From the NCBI RefSeq assembly GCF_009914755.1, contig NC_060925.1: a DNA stretch of 64,000 nucleotides; one strand, 5' to 3'. The translations under genes and the position numbers were made by a program. Below the pieces are notes generated by a model. That model was not told the origin of the DNA. It worked only from the letters and a program-made list of their open reading frames with translations, and did no database searches. Below, piece by piece: positions 28,471 to 40,688 of this stretch. Position 1 is the first letter of the stretch; every line of letters starts with the position of its first letter. Source of the DNA: the human T2T-CHM13v2.0 reference genome, Homo sapiens.

Positions 28471-29040
28471 TTATCCTGTTCTCTGAGAGAGGCTAATTAC
28501 AGACTTTGAGAGGTTGAATAGACAGATTGAAATGGCCCAGGCAGGGAGAGGAGATGTCTCCCTTGTAGCATGTGACAAACAGTAGCCTTGGCTGGGAGTG
28601 ACTAAGAAAACAAAGTAAGAGCTTGAGAATCTAGATAAAAACCCAAGATTGTCCAGAACCCCCAAATTCAAGAACAGTATATAATTTACCTCACAAAAAA
28701 AAATCCCTGTAGTGATGAGCAGATGACAGGCGAGTCCAGTGAGAGGCTGATGCTGGGCAGTGAACTTGGCTCCCTCACTAGCTGGGTGGCTAACAGCAGA
28801 GAGATCAGCATTCCTACTTCACCAAAACCCCATGCCACGGGTCTTCTAGCACTCTTGATTTCAGACTGTGAGGTCCAAATGCCTGCCTGTTTCATGAACT
28901 AACTCTGAGTAAGCTTTTTAGAAGGTACTGACAATTTCATGGAATTGCATCTATTTATACCCTTGGAAAACTTCAACCAAAAGTCGAAATGGATTTCTCT
29001 GCATGTATATGATCCTTTAGATAGTGATATAAATTGTTGC

Positions 29041-29093
29041 ATATATATGTATATATGTGTGTGTGTATATATATATATGTGTGTGTGTATATA
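29041..29093. repeat. (TA)n/(TG)n compound microsatellite
   Basis: Alternating ta and tg runs. Confidence 0.9.
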
Positions 29094-29767
29094 TTCTTTC
29101 AGGATATGCCAGATATCTCATCTTGTAGTGGCACAAAGGGATATGTTAGTCCAGACATGAAAGTTTCTCTTCACATCATCTAAGATTAGCAATGGTGACT
29201 TGAAACCCAACAAATTCTCTCTGCTTGATCTGGGAGTTGTATCTCTGACAGAACAACTAAGGTCAGTTCTCAAAGCTGATACAGGAGTCACATTCTAAAC
29301 ATGGAGAAGGACAAATGCTGAATGCAGTGGGGGAATAGGAAAGGATGTTAAAATGTGGTTCATGTAATGAGACGTTAGTAAGAAGAAGGGTGGGCCAGGG
29401 CTGAGCCTGATATCAAGTTAGCATAGTAGCCCATATTCAGATCTGATATAGACCGAAGAAGAGAGACATAAGAACAGACACTAGCACGAACATGAAGTCA
29501 GCCCAGAGAGAAAGCCATACATAGGTAACCCACACCAACTGTAAAGGCTCAGGTCTCTACAAGCCACATCCAACACTGAGTGACTCTCTTTGAGGGCAGA
29601 GACTGAACTTCTAGAAGTAAGGGGGAATCTACAAACATCAACTGCTCATGATGAACTGAGATACATGAAGAATACTCTACTGCCTGAAGATGTTACATTT
29701 ATTTCAGATAAAAAAATACTATACTGCCTGAAGTTGCTACATTTATTTTAGATAAAAAATATTTCTT

Positions 29768-30347
29768 TTGTTTTGTTTGTTTTTTATTTTTAATTTTTGT
29801 GAGTATATAATAGGTGTATATGTTTATGGGGTACATGGGATGTTTTGATACAGTCATGCAACGCATAATAATCACATCATGGAAAATGGGGTATCCCTCC
29901 CCTCAAGTATTTATCCTTCGTGTTACAACATTCCAATTATGCTCTTTCAGCTATTTTTAAATGTACAATTAAGTTATTATTGACTATAGTCACCCTCCAG
30001 TGCTATAAAATAATAGGTCCCTTTCATTCTTTCTAATTATTTTGTACCAATTAATTATCCTGACCTCCCCACCACTGCCCTTCCCAGCCTCTGGTAACCA
30101 TTCTTCTACTCTCTATGCTGATGAATTCAATTGTTTTGATTTTTAGCTCTCATAAATAAATAAGAACATGAAATGTTTGTCTTTCTGTGTCTGGCTTATT
30201 TCGCTTAACATAACGACCTCCAATTCCATCCATGTTGTTGCAAATGACAGGATCTCATTCTTTTTATGGCTGAATAGTACTCCATTGTGTCTATGTACCA
30301 CATTTTCTTTATCCATTCATCTGTTGATGGACCCTTAGATTGCTTCC
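29768..30347 (-). mobile_element. 5'-truncated L1MA-type LINE-1 3' end
   Basis: T-rich tail, ggggtacatgggatgttttgatacag...ttatccattcatctgttgatgg; candidate TSD tatttctt on both sides. Confidence 0.9.
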
Positions 30348-31767
30348 TATTTCTTATTTGAAATCCCCCTCAGCTCTCTAAGGAGACTGTCCCCAAAGTG
30401 GGGCCTGCCTTGTGAGATGATGTTGTGAAGGTGCAAGATGAAAGAAGCTAAGAGAAGAGTCAATTACTTTACATGGAAAAGGGATCATAAAATTTCTGGG
30501 AGGCAAGAAAAGGCTACAGGTTAGGAGCACTTAAGAGTGAAAAGAAGCAGCTGATGACTGGAGAGGCACAGGAGGGGGCAAGGTACTTGACTGGGAATTT
30601 TACTAAGTATCGTAAAATGCTTAAAAAGAGGGGATGGTGTTACCCCATGACATATTGAGGAAAATTTACATTACTCTCTAATGTTCTGTAGAACTGGATT
30701 GACTTTGGGGATTTGATGAAGAGGTAAGTCCTACTTCAAATAAAGAGAAAGGGACAATGTTATAAGCTAATCCCGGAAGCCCAGTAACATTTGGAACATA
30801 TGTTTTATTCTTTAGTTACTATTCTAAGGGACTCTGATCACAAAGAATTCTGAGCAATGTGCACTCTGGATTATAAAGGATCTAGAAAAAATTCAAGTCA
30901 CTACTTTTTAGGTAGCCTCAAAATTGCAGAGGACCAACATAAAAAGAATGATCTTCTCATCTTCAAATCTACTTATTTTGAAATTAAATGATGAATCAGT
31001 TTACATATAAAATAAGAATTGGAGCATTTATTTTTAATAGTATTCTCGATATTATCAAGTTAGCTATCTTGATTATGAAGCAGTCATTTTATCTGTAGCC
31101 AATCATATGCCAACTCTGGTCCCTGTTTTGTTCATGTGAAAGATGATAGGGTCAAGCCAGTAAACACAACACCCCAGCTCTCATGTCTTGTTGATGTCAC
31201 AAGTCCAACCTCATCTCACTTCCACTCCACATTATCAGTCTCTCATATTTTTAAGTCAGATTTAAATCTTTGGTCCAACCCATCAAAACATGAGCAATAT
31301 TAATAAGTCAGATTGCAATATTAATAAGTCAGATGAATCTATAGCCAGTTTATCAAAACAGCTCACCTCAGTGGAAGTTTCAATGAATAATTGCTTTTAT
31401 TTATTCTCCAATTACTGCTTTCAATCCTGCTATGTTGAAACTCTCTTTCTGCTCCTCAAACAATGTCTTCAGAAGATTCCATCATTTTCTTGTGCTGTCA
31501 TTTTCAGAATCCAGCTGAATTTTAAACTCACATTTTCTCCTCCAACACAGCTGGAGTGCAGAAGGCATGATTTGCTTTTATTTATTCCTATCCCTTCCTC
31601 CTTAGGGAAGTCTATTCTGGACTTGGCATCCCTCCTCCTGCTCTCTTCTTCCCTTACTCCTCTAATGTTGAGGGTTGGAAGGGTAAACAGGTAAGAAAGA
31701 AACACCTGCCTCTTGCTTAATTTCCATCTTCTGTCTGTTGCAATTTTTTTCTCTGTTGGGTTCTGAT

Positions 31768-31824
31768 ATAGATAGATAGATAGATAGAAGGTAGATAGAT
31801 AGATAGATAGATAGGTAGATAGAT
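31768..31824. repeat. (GATA)n repeat
   Basis: atag array with two ggta interruptions. Confidence 0.95.
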
Positions 31825-32137
31825 ATGCCTGTTGTTCTCCAGCATCAATATCCTCTGAGTGATCAAGCATTCAATATTGGCTCTTTAACAAGACACATGT
31901 GAACGTTCTTTGGAGCATTCTGCAAGGCCATCTATGCTGCACCGTTCTCTGTAAGATTTCTATCCGTGGCTTGACATCCTGTAATTCTTCATAGCTCTTG
32001 GTCCTGGCAGAGCATCCCACAGCCTCTTGATTCCTGGTCCCTTCTCACTGTGGCCCACATTCTTGAATGGGGAACTCCTCAGTGACTTCACTACAAGTTT
32101 TTTCAGAGTCCATTTGGCCCATGGAAAGATCCTGCTT

Positions 32138-32189
32138 TGTTGCTGTTGTTGTTGTTGTGGCTGTTGTTGTTGTTGTGGCTGTTGTTGTT
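32138..32189. repeat. (GTT)n compound trinucleotide repeat
   Basis: gct(gtt)4gtg unit repeated. Confidence 0.92.
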
Positions 32190-34242
32190 ATTTCCTGTAT
32201 CTTTGACATTCCAACCAGTGTGAGTGTGGAGTACTCCAATGCCATCCCCTCTCTTTGTCTTGCTATTGGTCTTCAGTAATTGTCTTTTCTCTGCTAAGAT
32301 ATACACAAGGAGTACTTCAGTAAGTTTATTGCCTAAGTAGGTGACCTATCAGAGACAGTCTTCCCTTTTTTCAATTATCTTCAGTCGCTAATCACGAATC
32401 CTTGGAGCCCTCATTCACTTGGTATTGAGAAAGCAAGTGTGCTTCCGAATATGCCAATAAGTCTACCACAATGAATGTTGATTCTCACTAATTTCCATGC
32501 ACTTCTTTACATTTCTCTGACTCTTTGCTGTCAGGCTAACCATGTGACTGATTCTAGCCAATGGAAGATGAGTAAAAGCAGCATGTGCTGACGGGATGAC
32601 CTTGAAAAGCAAGATGGCAGAGCCCAGAGATGGTAGTAACAGAACCTAGAAGCCCTAAAAGAGGTTTCCTGTACCAGTTGTTCATTTTTCTTTTCAGAAA
32701 GTGAAATGCTTGATGCTTCTTTGCCCTCAGCTTTCAGCCCTATTTGAAGGCAATAGGAAAAGCCATCCAGCTACCAATGCTATTGCCTTTGTCTCCGCAT
32801 TTGGTGATCTGAATAGAAGCCCACTGATTCAGCAAGTTCACATAGCCACAGAGAAAATGCCCTGAAAGGCTGTCATGAAATTGTGTATGTGTTTCCTGCC
32901 ATGATACTCTTTTCAGTTCATTCTCTTATGTTCTGTTTCTCTCCATAGGTTTGGCTAATTGTAACATCTTCAGTCTGCACTGCATATCTCATAATCGTGT
33001 ACTTAAATGCAATGTTTAAGTTTAATGTCTGATACCTTATTAACTGAAATACACACAGTAAAAAAAAAAAATTGACAATGACTGCACCTTAAATTCTGAG
33101 AGGCTTCTGTATACATAGGGCTCCTTGAGTGATAGCCTTCCCTCATATTTCCTCAGTTCATCCCCTCAATATTGGCGTCATCAGAATAAGTGAACATTTG
33201 TCACAATACTTAACAAGGAGGTACATGACTTTAAAATTTATTTTTATCAAATTGCTAGGACTAATTGGATCCCATGGTGCTTTGAATTCTTGTGTTCCAC
33301 CCTGTTTACTGTTTCCTATTTGCATTGCTTCTTAGGAAACTTATGGTTTTAGAATGTAACACGGTGAGAACCTACAAAGCATGCTCTGAATAAGAGACAT
33401 TTGCCCGAGTTCCTGTGAGTGTTTTTATTTAACTAAAATTTCCTAATACAAAATCATATAAAGTACAAATGCCAGCTTATAACAATTTCACCCACAAACT
33501 ATATTTAAGCACAGCATAGTTCCCAAATAAAATAAGGCTACAGAAACAGCTTTACTGCCTAGGAAAAAAAAGATGTATGCTTTCAGAATAGTTAACCCAC
33601 AATAGCACAGCTGACAACTTCAAATAAAGGCCACAATCCTGTGAGCCTGTAACTCAATTTTACATTGGCTTGGTGTAGTGTTTCATGTCATGGGTAGAGT
33701 TTCCTTACTGCTTTTAATGGTGGACTTTAGAAGCCTTCTTCCTGCAATTAGTATAATAGAAGATATAAGGGTAGAAACAGAAGACTTTTCCCCTGTTCTC
33801 CTAGGCAGTGAAAAAGTTTAAAATTATAAATAGTCCCAAGGTTAAACAGAGGTCACATCACTTTCCACTGACTCCATAATCTTGCTTATGTTTTGAGAGA
33901 ATTTTCTGCTCAAAAAATAATTCTCTAGACAGATCCAGTCCATTGTCCATGGACAAATACATGGCCCCAGTGGAAATTCTCAACTGCCCAGGTTATACCT
34001 GGCATGGCCTGTGCAGCCTTCTCATTCCAGAGGGAGGCAGTGTGCTTTCTGAAGACCATGGTGGTCAGAGCTGGTTCCTCAACAACCTTCTTTCAGTCAT
34101 CCCCACTTTGCCTCCGGGTTATCAGTGCATTGCTGTTGCTCTCTCTGATTCTAGGCTGGGAACTCTCTGTATAAGGACTGTGCCTCAAGCCTTTTGACTC
34201 TTCAGCACCAATGGTTCTTGGCTCATAATAATCCATCACTTA

Positions 34243-34620
<378 letters not shown>

Positions 34621-36879
34621 CTAGATAAGTAACTGGTGAGATAAATTATTTAATCCTTAATTTCTGATGATTTAACAGATGATCTGTTTCATGCCATAGT
34701 TACCACCAATGAGTTTAATTTCAAAAACACTGAAAAGTTCCCAGTACTCTAAAAAAACATGTTCCAATGTGTTCACCAACGCTTAAAATTCCCATTCCAT
34801 ACTTTATTTCTTAGTGGATAGATTTGTTCCCTACTAATAATGAAATATTCTCAGGAAGAGTAGCATATTAGATTATTATCAAATAGATGTGATGGAAGCA
34901 GAATTTAGAAACTGTTCTGAGGAGAGAAGTAGAATGAAAATAGAGAAAGAAGAAAAGAACTGAACACTTGAAGGCACAAAGGATTATTTTAATGAGTAGT
35001 TAGTGTTTCTGTCCCAGTAATTCTGGAAAGCATCAGTCTTAATCAAAAACTAAGTACATTATTTGACAGCTCTTTGGAAATATAGTTGGGAAGAAAAGAG
35101 CTTTTTAGAACCTAAATAACAAAAATAGCTTATTTTTGAATGCCTACTTTTGAATATGTTTACGGACTCTACATATATTTTTCTCAGCCTTCAAACAACT
35201 CAATGGCAAGAGGTCTCATTTTATAGATGAAGAATCAAAGATTAAACAATGAATGGAAAAACAGGGTTTCTAACCACATCACATACTATTCCACCACCAC
35301 CATCATCACCACCCTTTCCCATGAACACGTTCTCCCAAATGCAACAACGCCTATGTAAGCATAAATATGATTCTGTATGGCTCTGATTCAACTAAGCACT
35401 TTGCCACACTGCTGCTGGTTCTCACTAAGTAATGTCACAGAACTATATATTGCACTGCCCTAGCACAGAACTGTTTTTCAGAAGTGACTCAAATAGAAAG
35501 TGGCATTAGTATTAACATACAAAAACGTTCTTTTTTTGAAACTCAGAATGCTGGATCTAAGAAATGGCCACTTTAAGCTTGCACTAAATCTGAGTTTTGA
35601 TGCTTAGCACATTCATGCTTAACGATCTGAACAATAAGTAGTGTGTCTTCCAACTGGTGCAGCTCATTCCCAGCAGCCTAGATAAAGCTGGTGGTGAGTA
35701 TCCAGTCATTAGAGCTGGAAATGGACTCAGCACCTAGCATGAGCCAAATTGTGACTTCATGCAGGGCTATTTCTTTTTTCTTTTCTTTTTTTTTTTTTTT
35801 TTTTTTTTTTGGTTTGTTTGTTTCTGTAGCTGTTCTGTTGCATTAAAGAGGAAAAAATTAATATGAACATTCAGTTCAACAACTGCCTTTGAGCACCTCT
35901 TATTGCAAAAGCCCCATGCAAAGTAGACACTGTGGAGATAAATAGATTTTAAAATATGCCCCCAAGGAAACTATGAAATTGCTGGCACAAATATTTAAGG
36001 GAAAATGGGCCACACTGACATTCCAGAATAAAACTGGTGAGCATTTCACTTATTAGGTAAAAGAGAAAACTCTTACTCATATTGAAATAATGTTTTGGTC
36101 TTCTTCTGAAACATGATATACTTTCCTATATTTGACAAAACTGACTTATCCACTTATGCCTGCTGTTTAGGGAGCCCCTGCTGAGAACTGAGAAGTTTCT
36201 GTCCTGAAGTCACCAGCTGAGAGGGCTGTTGCTAAACTCTCCCCACATTCTGTCTCCCAATGGCGTCATAGTCTTTGAACACAATGTAAACACATGCTTA
36301 ATTTTAAGATTGGCTTATTATCTACATTCAATATCTCTGTTTATCAGAGCCCCTCTTAGTCTCTACATCTGTCTACTTATTCCAAACCTTAGTACAACCT
36401 TGCCCATCACTGAGGATGATAAACGTGACACAGATTGTCATTTTCCTTTTTATTCTAATGAGCAATCTGGCTCTCATTAGGGCCAATTAAATTAGAACAT
36501 CCCCCCCAAAAAAGAATATTTAACGTTTATTCTGAGAACAAAAGAGAAAATGCAAGTGTAATCTGTCAGTTTATCAGGCAATATTTTTAACTTAATATTA
36601 AGAAATTGCTGTGAACTCATAAATAAACCATTAGCAAAAAGAAAACTGCTAATTAAGGTATAATCTAATCTGCTCGTCTCCATTTTGATCATAGGGTAAA
36701 AGTTCAATAAACTTTTTGATCGATACACCACAGAGATAGAAGTGAAATAGTCAAGACTTTTAATCAGGTAATTCACACTCCAGGAAGAAGAGAGGAAAAA
36801 AACACTTTGCCTCAATTCCCTCAAAATTTTGCACTAAAAATCTTGCTTTGGGGTGACTCAACCTCTCACTTATAATTTT

Positions 36880-37730
36880 ACAAACGGCATAACCTGAGCG
36901 CTTAGAGACCATTTAGCCCAATTCCCTCATTTTACAAATGAAGAACAGGAATACAAAGACTAAGGGAGGCCCCTGGGGGCAGCGCTGGGCTGAGAACCAG
37001 GTGTCCCGACGTCAGCTCCTCCCACCTCACCTCCCTTACAAAAAAAGGGGGTGAGGAGGATACCCCTGTTGCACACAGGAGGTGGGGCGCTGCTTAACTT
37101 TTGTTAGCACCATCCGTGGGGGTGCTTGGGAAGTTTCGCTCCCTATGAGCGTGGTGACGTCATGCGAGCCAGGGGTTTTCCTAAAGGCAGCCTATGGCTC
37201 TGGCCAACGGGACCAAATCTCGGAGGGCCAAATTGAGGGAGTGTGAAGTGGGGGATGTGGCTGGAGAAGAGAAGATGATACTAGGCCAGGACAGCTGCAA
37301 AATGACTGACAACGAGAATGAGAATATGGGTTCCTCTCTTGAGTCCCCAGAATTTTTTTCAAGTTCTTCAGCTGCATACATTTGGCTCTCTGGCGCCCTT
37401 TGTTTTCTGGCTGATGATCCTTTTATTTTTCCTGTCCTACATTTAAAAGAGAAGGAAAGAAGCGGGGAAGTCGGTTCCAACTACTCCTCGCAGCCAGTCC
37501 TCGAGCGCCCTCTGCCGTGTACATGGGAGCTCTTTGTCTTAACCTTGCAAGCGCTTACTCCTGGGTGTTGCTTTCCGCTATCAACAGAAGGTTATGGCGA
37601 CATCTACAGAAGGTTATGGCGACATCTTTGCTTCTGTCTGCTGCTCAGGAAAAGCTTGGAAAATACAAAATTAGGTTGATAAAATTTGTTTCCTGTAGGA
37701 GTGTCTCCTAATTCAAGTGGAATGTCGCTC
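36880..37730. promoter_or_regulatory. CpG-retaining candidate promoter/enhancer with CRE and CTCF-like motif
   Basis: Roughly 25 CpGs by eye in a CpG-depleted window; TGACGTCA at 37155-37162; CGACGTCA at 37007-37014; AGCGCCCTCTGCCGT at 37504-37518. Confidence 0.6.
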
Positions 37731-38951
37731 ACCAGTGGGCTTAAATAAACCCTTAATCTTAAACATCCACTTTATCATGAAAATGGCACTATTTATTCCA
37801 CTGGCAATATCTTGTGTCGAAATCTAAACAGTATTTCTTCTCTAATGGGAGTGAGACAGAAAGTCCTGCCAATCAAGCAGGAAAAAGAAGCCTGCATCAG
37901 ACAGCAGGCCTCTGTTTCAAGGGATAAAAACCCATATTCATTCACCCAGGACTGCCGCAACTTTAAAAAACAATGTCAAAAGGAAAAGAAGGCATTGTTG
38001 CAAAAGAAAGTTCTCTGGTGTTTGTTTCATTCTTTTTTCTCTTATTTTCTTCTCTTAAAGAAAAAAATAAAAGCTGGTATAATTCCTGGTTTGCTTAAAG
38101 GCTAATGTATATTTACAGAAGCATCCAAGCCATGAATCGCTTTGAATTGAGTCGCTCTTAGATGTACAATAGGCCTACTGTGTTGCAAAGAGTCTGGCCA
38201 CTCATCATGACCCCCTATTCAGTCGACCGTCCATTAATCTAAACACAGGCTCTCTCAGAGACATCCAGAAGCCCAACAATGGTTTACATTTTTTGGATGC
38301 TACCTTCCGGTTACTGTACCTAAGTGGGGAAATGTTGCTGAGAGATATTCCAATTTGACTCCCAAACGGGTTTTAAGCAAGTTACCATCCACTTGCCCTA
38401 AGCACAAAAGAACAGGTTTTTTTTTCCTCTGCCAAGTATCAATTTTTATATCAGATAGACGTCATTTATTGCTAAAAAGCTGATACAATAATAATGGAGC
38501 AGCACACAGTGGGCAGAGTCCCACTGCAGTGAAATTGGATAAGGATTTGGTTTGATTATGTAACTTTTTAGAGCAGCATAGTTTCTGCTAATAGCATGAT
38601 AAATAAACAGCATCTATAGAATGTCTGAAGAATGACAATTTTAAAAAGAAAGAAAAAACAAAGGTGACCCTTGAATGTCTCTGACAACTAATCAATTTCT
38701 GACTACCTTTTTAGTCCCTTCCCTTTACCTCACCAACAACTGCATGTCACCAAACAAGGTTTCCCAAAGAATCTCCTTCTTTCCCCTGCTGGATCAGGTG
38801 AATCATAGAATCCACCATACAACTGACAAAAAGTTTTGTTCTACCATAAAGCAATGTAAAGATTAAATGTAAAGCAATGGCCAGATTTCACTTGGAACTT
38901 TCTTCTTGTTCAAATTCACTGTAAAATCCCCTTGGTTTAAAACAATGCAAG

Positions 38952-38991
38952 GTATACGTCCATACCACCCTGAACGCACCCGATCTCGTCT
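38952..38991 (+). pseudogene. 5S rRNA 5' fragment (nt 1-40), tailless retropseudogene
   Basis: gtatacgtccataccaccctgaacgcacccgatctcgtct vs 5S GTCTACGGCCATACCACCCTGAACGCGCCCGATCTCGTCT (3 mismatches); TSD aaaacaatgcaag / aaaacaatgcagg. Confidence 0.93.
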
Positions 38992-39649
38992 AAAACAATG
39001 CAGGAAGAAAATCACGTATTCTGCCGGAAATTCATTTATTTATCTGTACTATAAGACCATTGACTATTCCCTCACTATTTCCATAGTTTTATTAATGCTA
39101 CAGAAAGAGAAAGTAACATTTTTCCCCAAGATCCCTTCTCATTTTATGGAGTAGATATTTTGAGGCATTACCTAAGTACTCCCAAGCATCCAAATATCCA
39201 AATCTAAAATATCTAAAATATCCCAAATATCTAAACACCTCAGATGGGTAAAAGCCTACCTTTTATTGGGAGATATTCATAAGAGGAAGAGGGAGAGAGT
39301 TCACATCCTTATTTTTAACTCATTGCTGTGTCTAAATATCCCCACTACCAGCATCTAAGCTGAATTCTCCCTAGAAATGCTCAGTGCTGGTTATCAGAAG
39401 AGAATATGACATAATGATTAACTAGCACAGTATTGACTGTTTCTACTTATCACCACCATGACAAACTGCAAGATCGAACTTCTACTCCATCCCTCATTTT
39501 TGTCCACATGAAATCAGAAACCAATTTGACCCATTTATTCACTGAAATGCTTTAATTAGATGGTCTCAGGTACTCTCCAGAAATTACTTTCACTTTCTAA
39601 CTTCATCACCCACAACTTTTCGCCAGCCACCACCCCTTTAAAGAGACCT

Positions 39650-39785
39650 CCAACCCAGGTGCTTATTAAAATAGCAGAAGCCCAAGCTCCACCTAGACCT
39701 ACTAAATTAGAAACTCTGAGATGGAGGCCCAGGAATCTGCATTTACTAAGCTTCCCCCATCACCAGGTGATTTTGATGCAAATGC
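39650..39785. mobile_element. MER5-type hAT-Charlie fragment
   Basis: agacctactaaattagaaactctgagatggaggcccaggaatctgcattt...caggtgattttgatgca. Confidence 0.75.
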
Positions 39786-39819
39786 ATTTATTTTATTGCC
39801 CCCATAATTCTGAGGAATC

Positions 39820-40080
39820 ACAGTAGAAGCTAACATTTATTAGACTTCTGTTTTTTGCCAGGCACTGTTTGAAACACTTCATACATGTATTAATTCTTTT
39901 AATTATCACAATAACTTTATAAGAGGGTACAGTTTTTACCCTTATTTAGATGTTGATTATCCTTTCTGAGATAAAGGGACATTAGGAAACTTATTCAAGA
40001 GCACACAGTTAGTATATGGCAAGAGAAAAGATTCAGATCCAGAGGATGTCATTCCAAGCCTGTCACTAAATCACCAGGTT
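39820..40080 (-). mobile_element. MIR SINE
   Basis: gctaacatttatt...tgccaggcactgtt...cacacagttagtatatggc. Confidence 0.7.
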
Positions 40081-40228
40081 TTACAATCTCTAAAACAATT
40101 ATTTGTCCTCTGTCTTCTCTACTAGGCTATGAATTTGTTAAGGGCAGGAATCATAGCTTTTCATCCAGATAGCTGCAGCACTCATCCAAGTGTGTGATGA
40201 ACTCAAGAAATGTTTATCGAATTGTTTA

Positions 40229-40586
<358 letters not shown>

Positions 40587-40633
40587 AAAATGTAGAATAA
40601 ACCAAGATACAATGTTTTTGTCTATGGATAGTA

Positions 40634-40688
40634 TTAGGCTGGTGCAAAAGTAATTGTGGTTTTTGCCATTACCTTTGCACCAACCTAA
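40634..40688. mobile_element. Second MADE1, internally deleted
   Basis: ta|ttaggctggtgcaaaagtaattgtggtttttgccattacctttgcaccaacctaa|ta, with TA TSD. Confidence 0.92.

Noticed and set aside
32045-32306. Thr-, Val- or Asn-rich ORFs resembling mucin-like peptides
   Set aside because: They are produced by the (GTT)n repeat read in different frames.
37194-37679. 161-aa plus ORF (MALANGTK...) and overlapping minus ORFs in the CpG element
   Set aside because: No recognisable domain. Higher GC lengthens chance ORFs, and the frame runs through a frame-shifting 22-bp duplication. Not called as CDS.
39185-39236. (ccaaatat/ctaaaatat)-like array, and similar short repeats at 1054-1080 and 57156-57200
   Set aside because: Ordinary low-complexity slippage.
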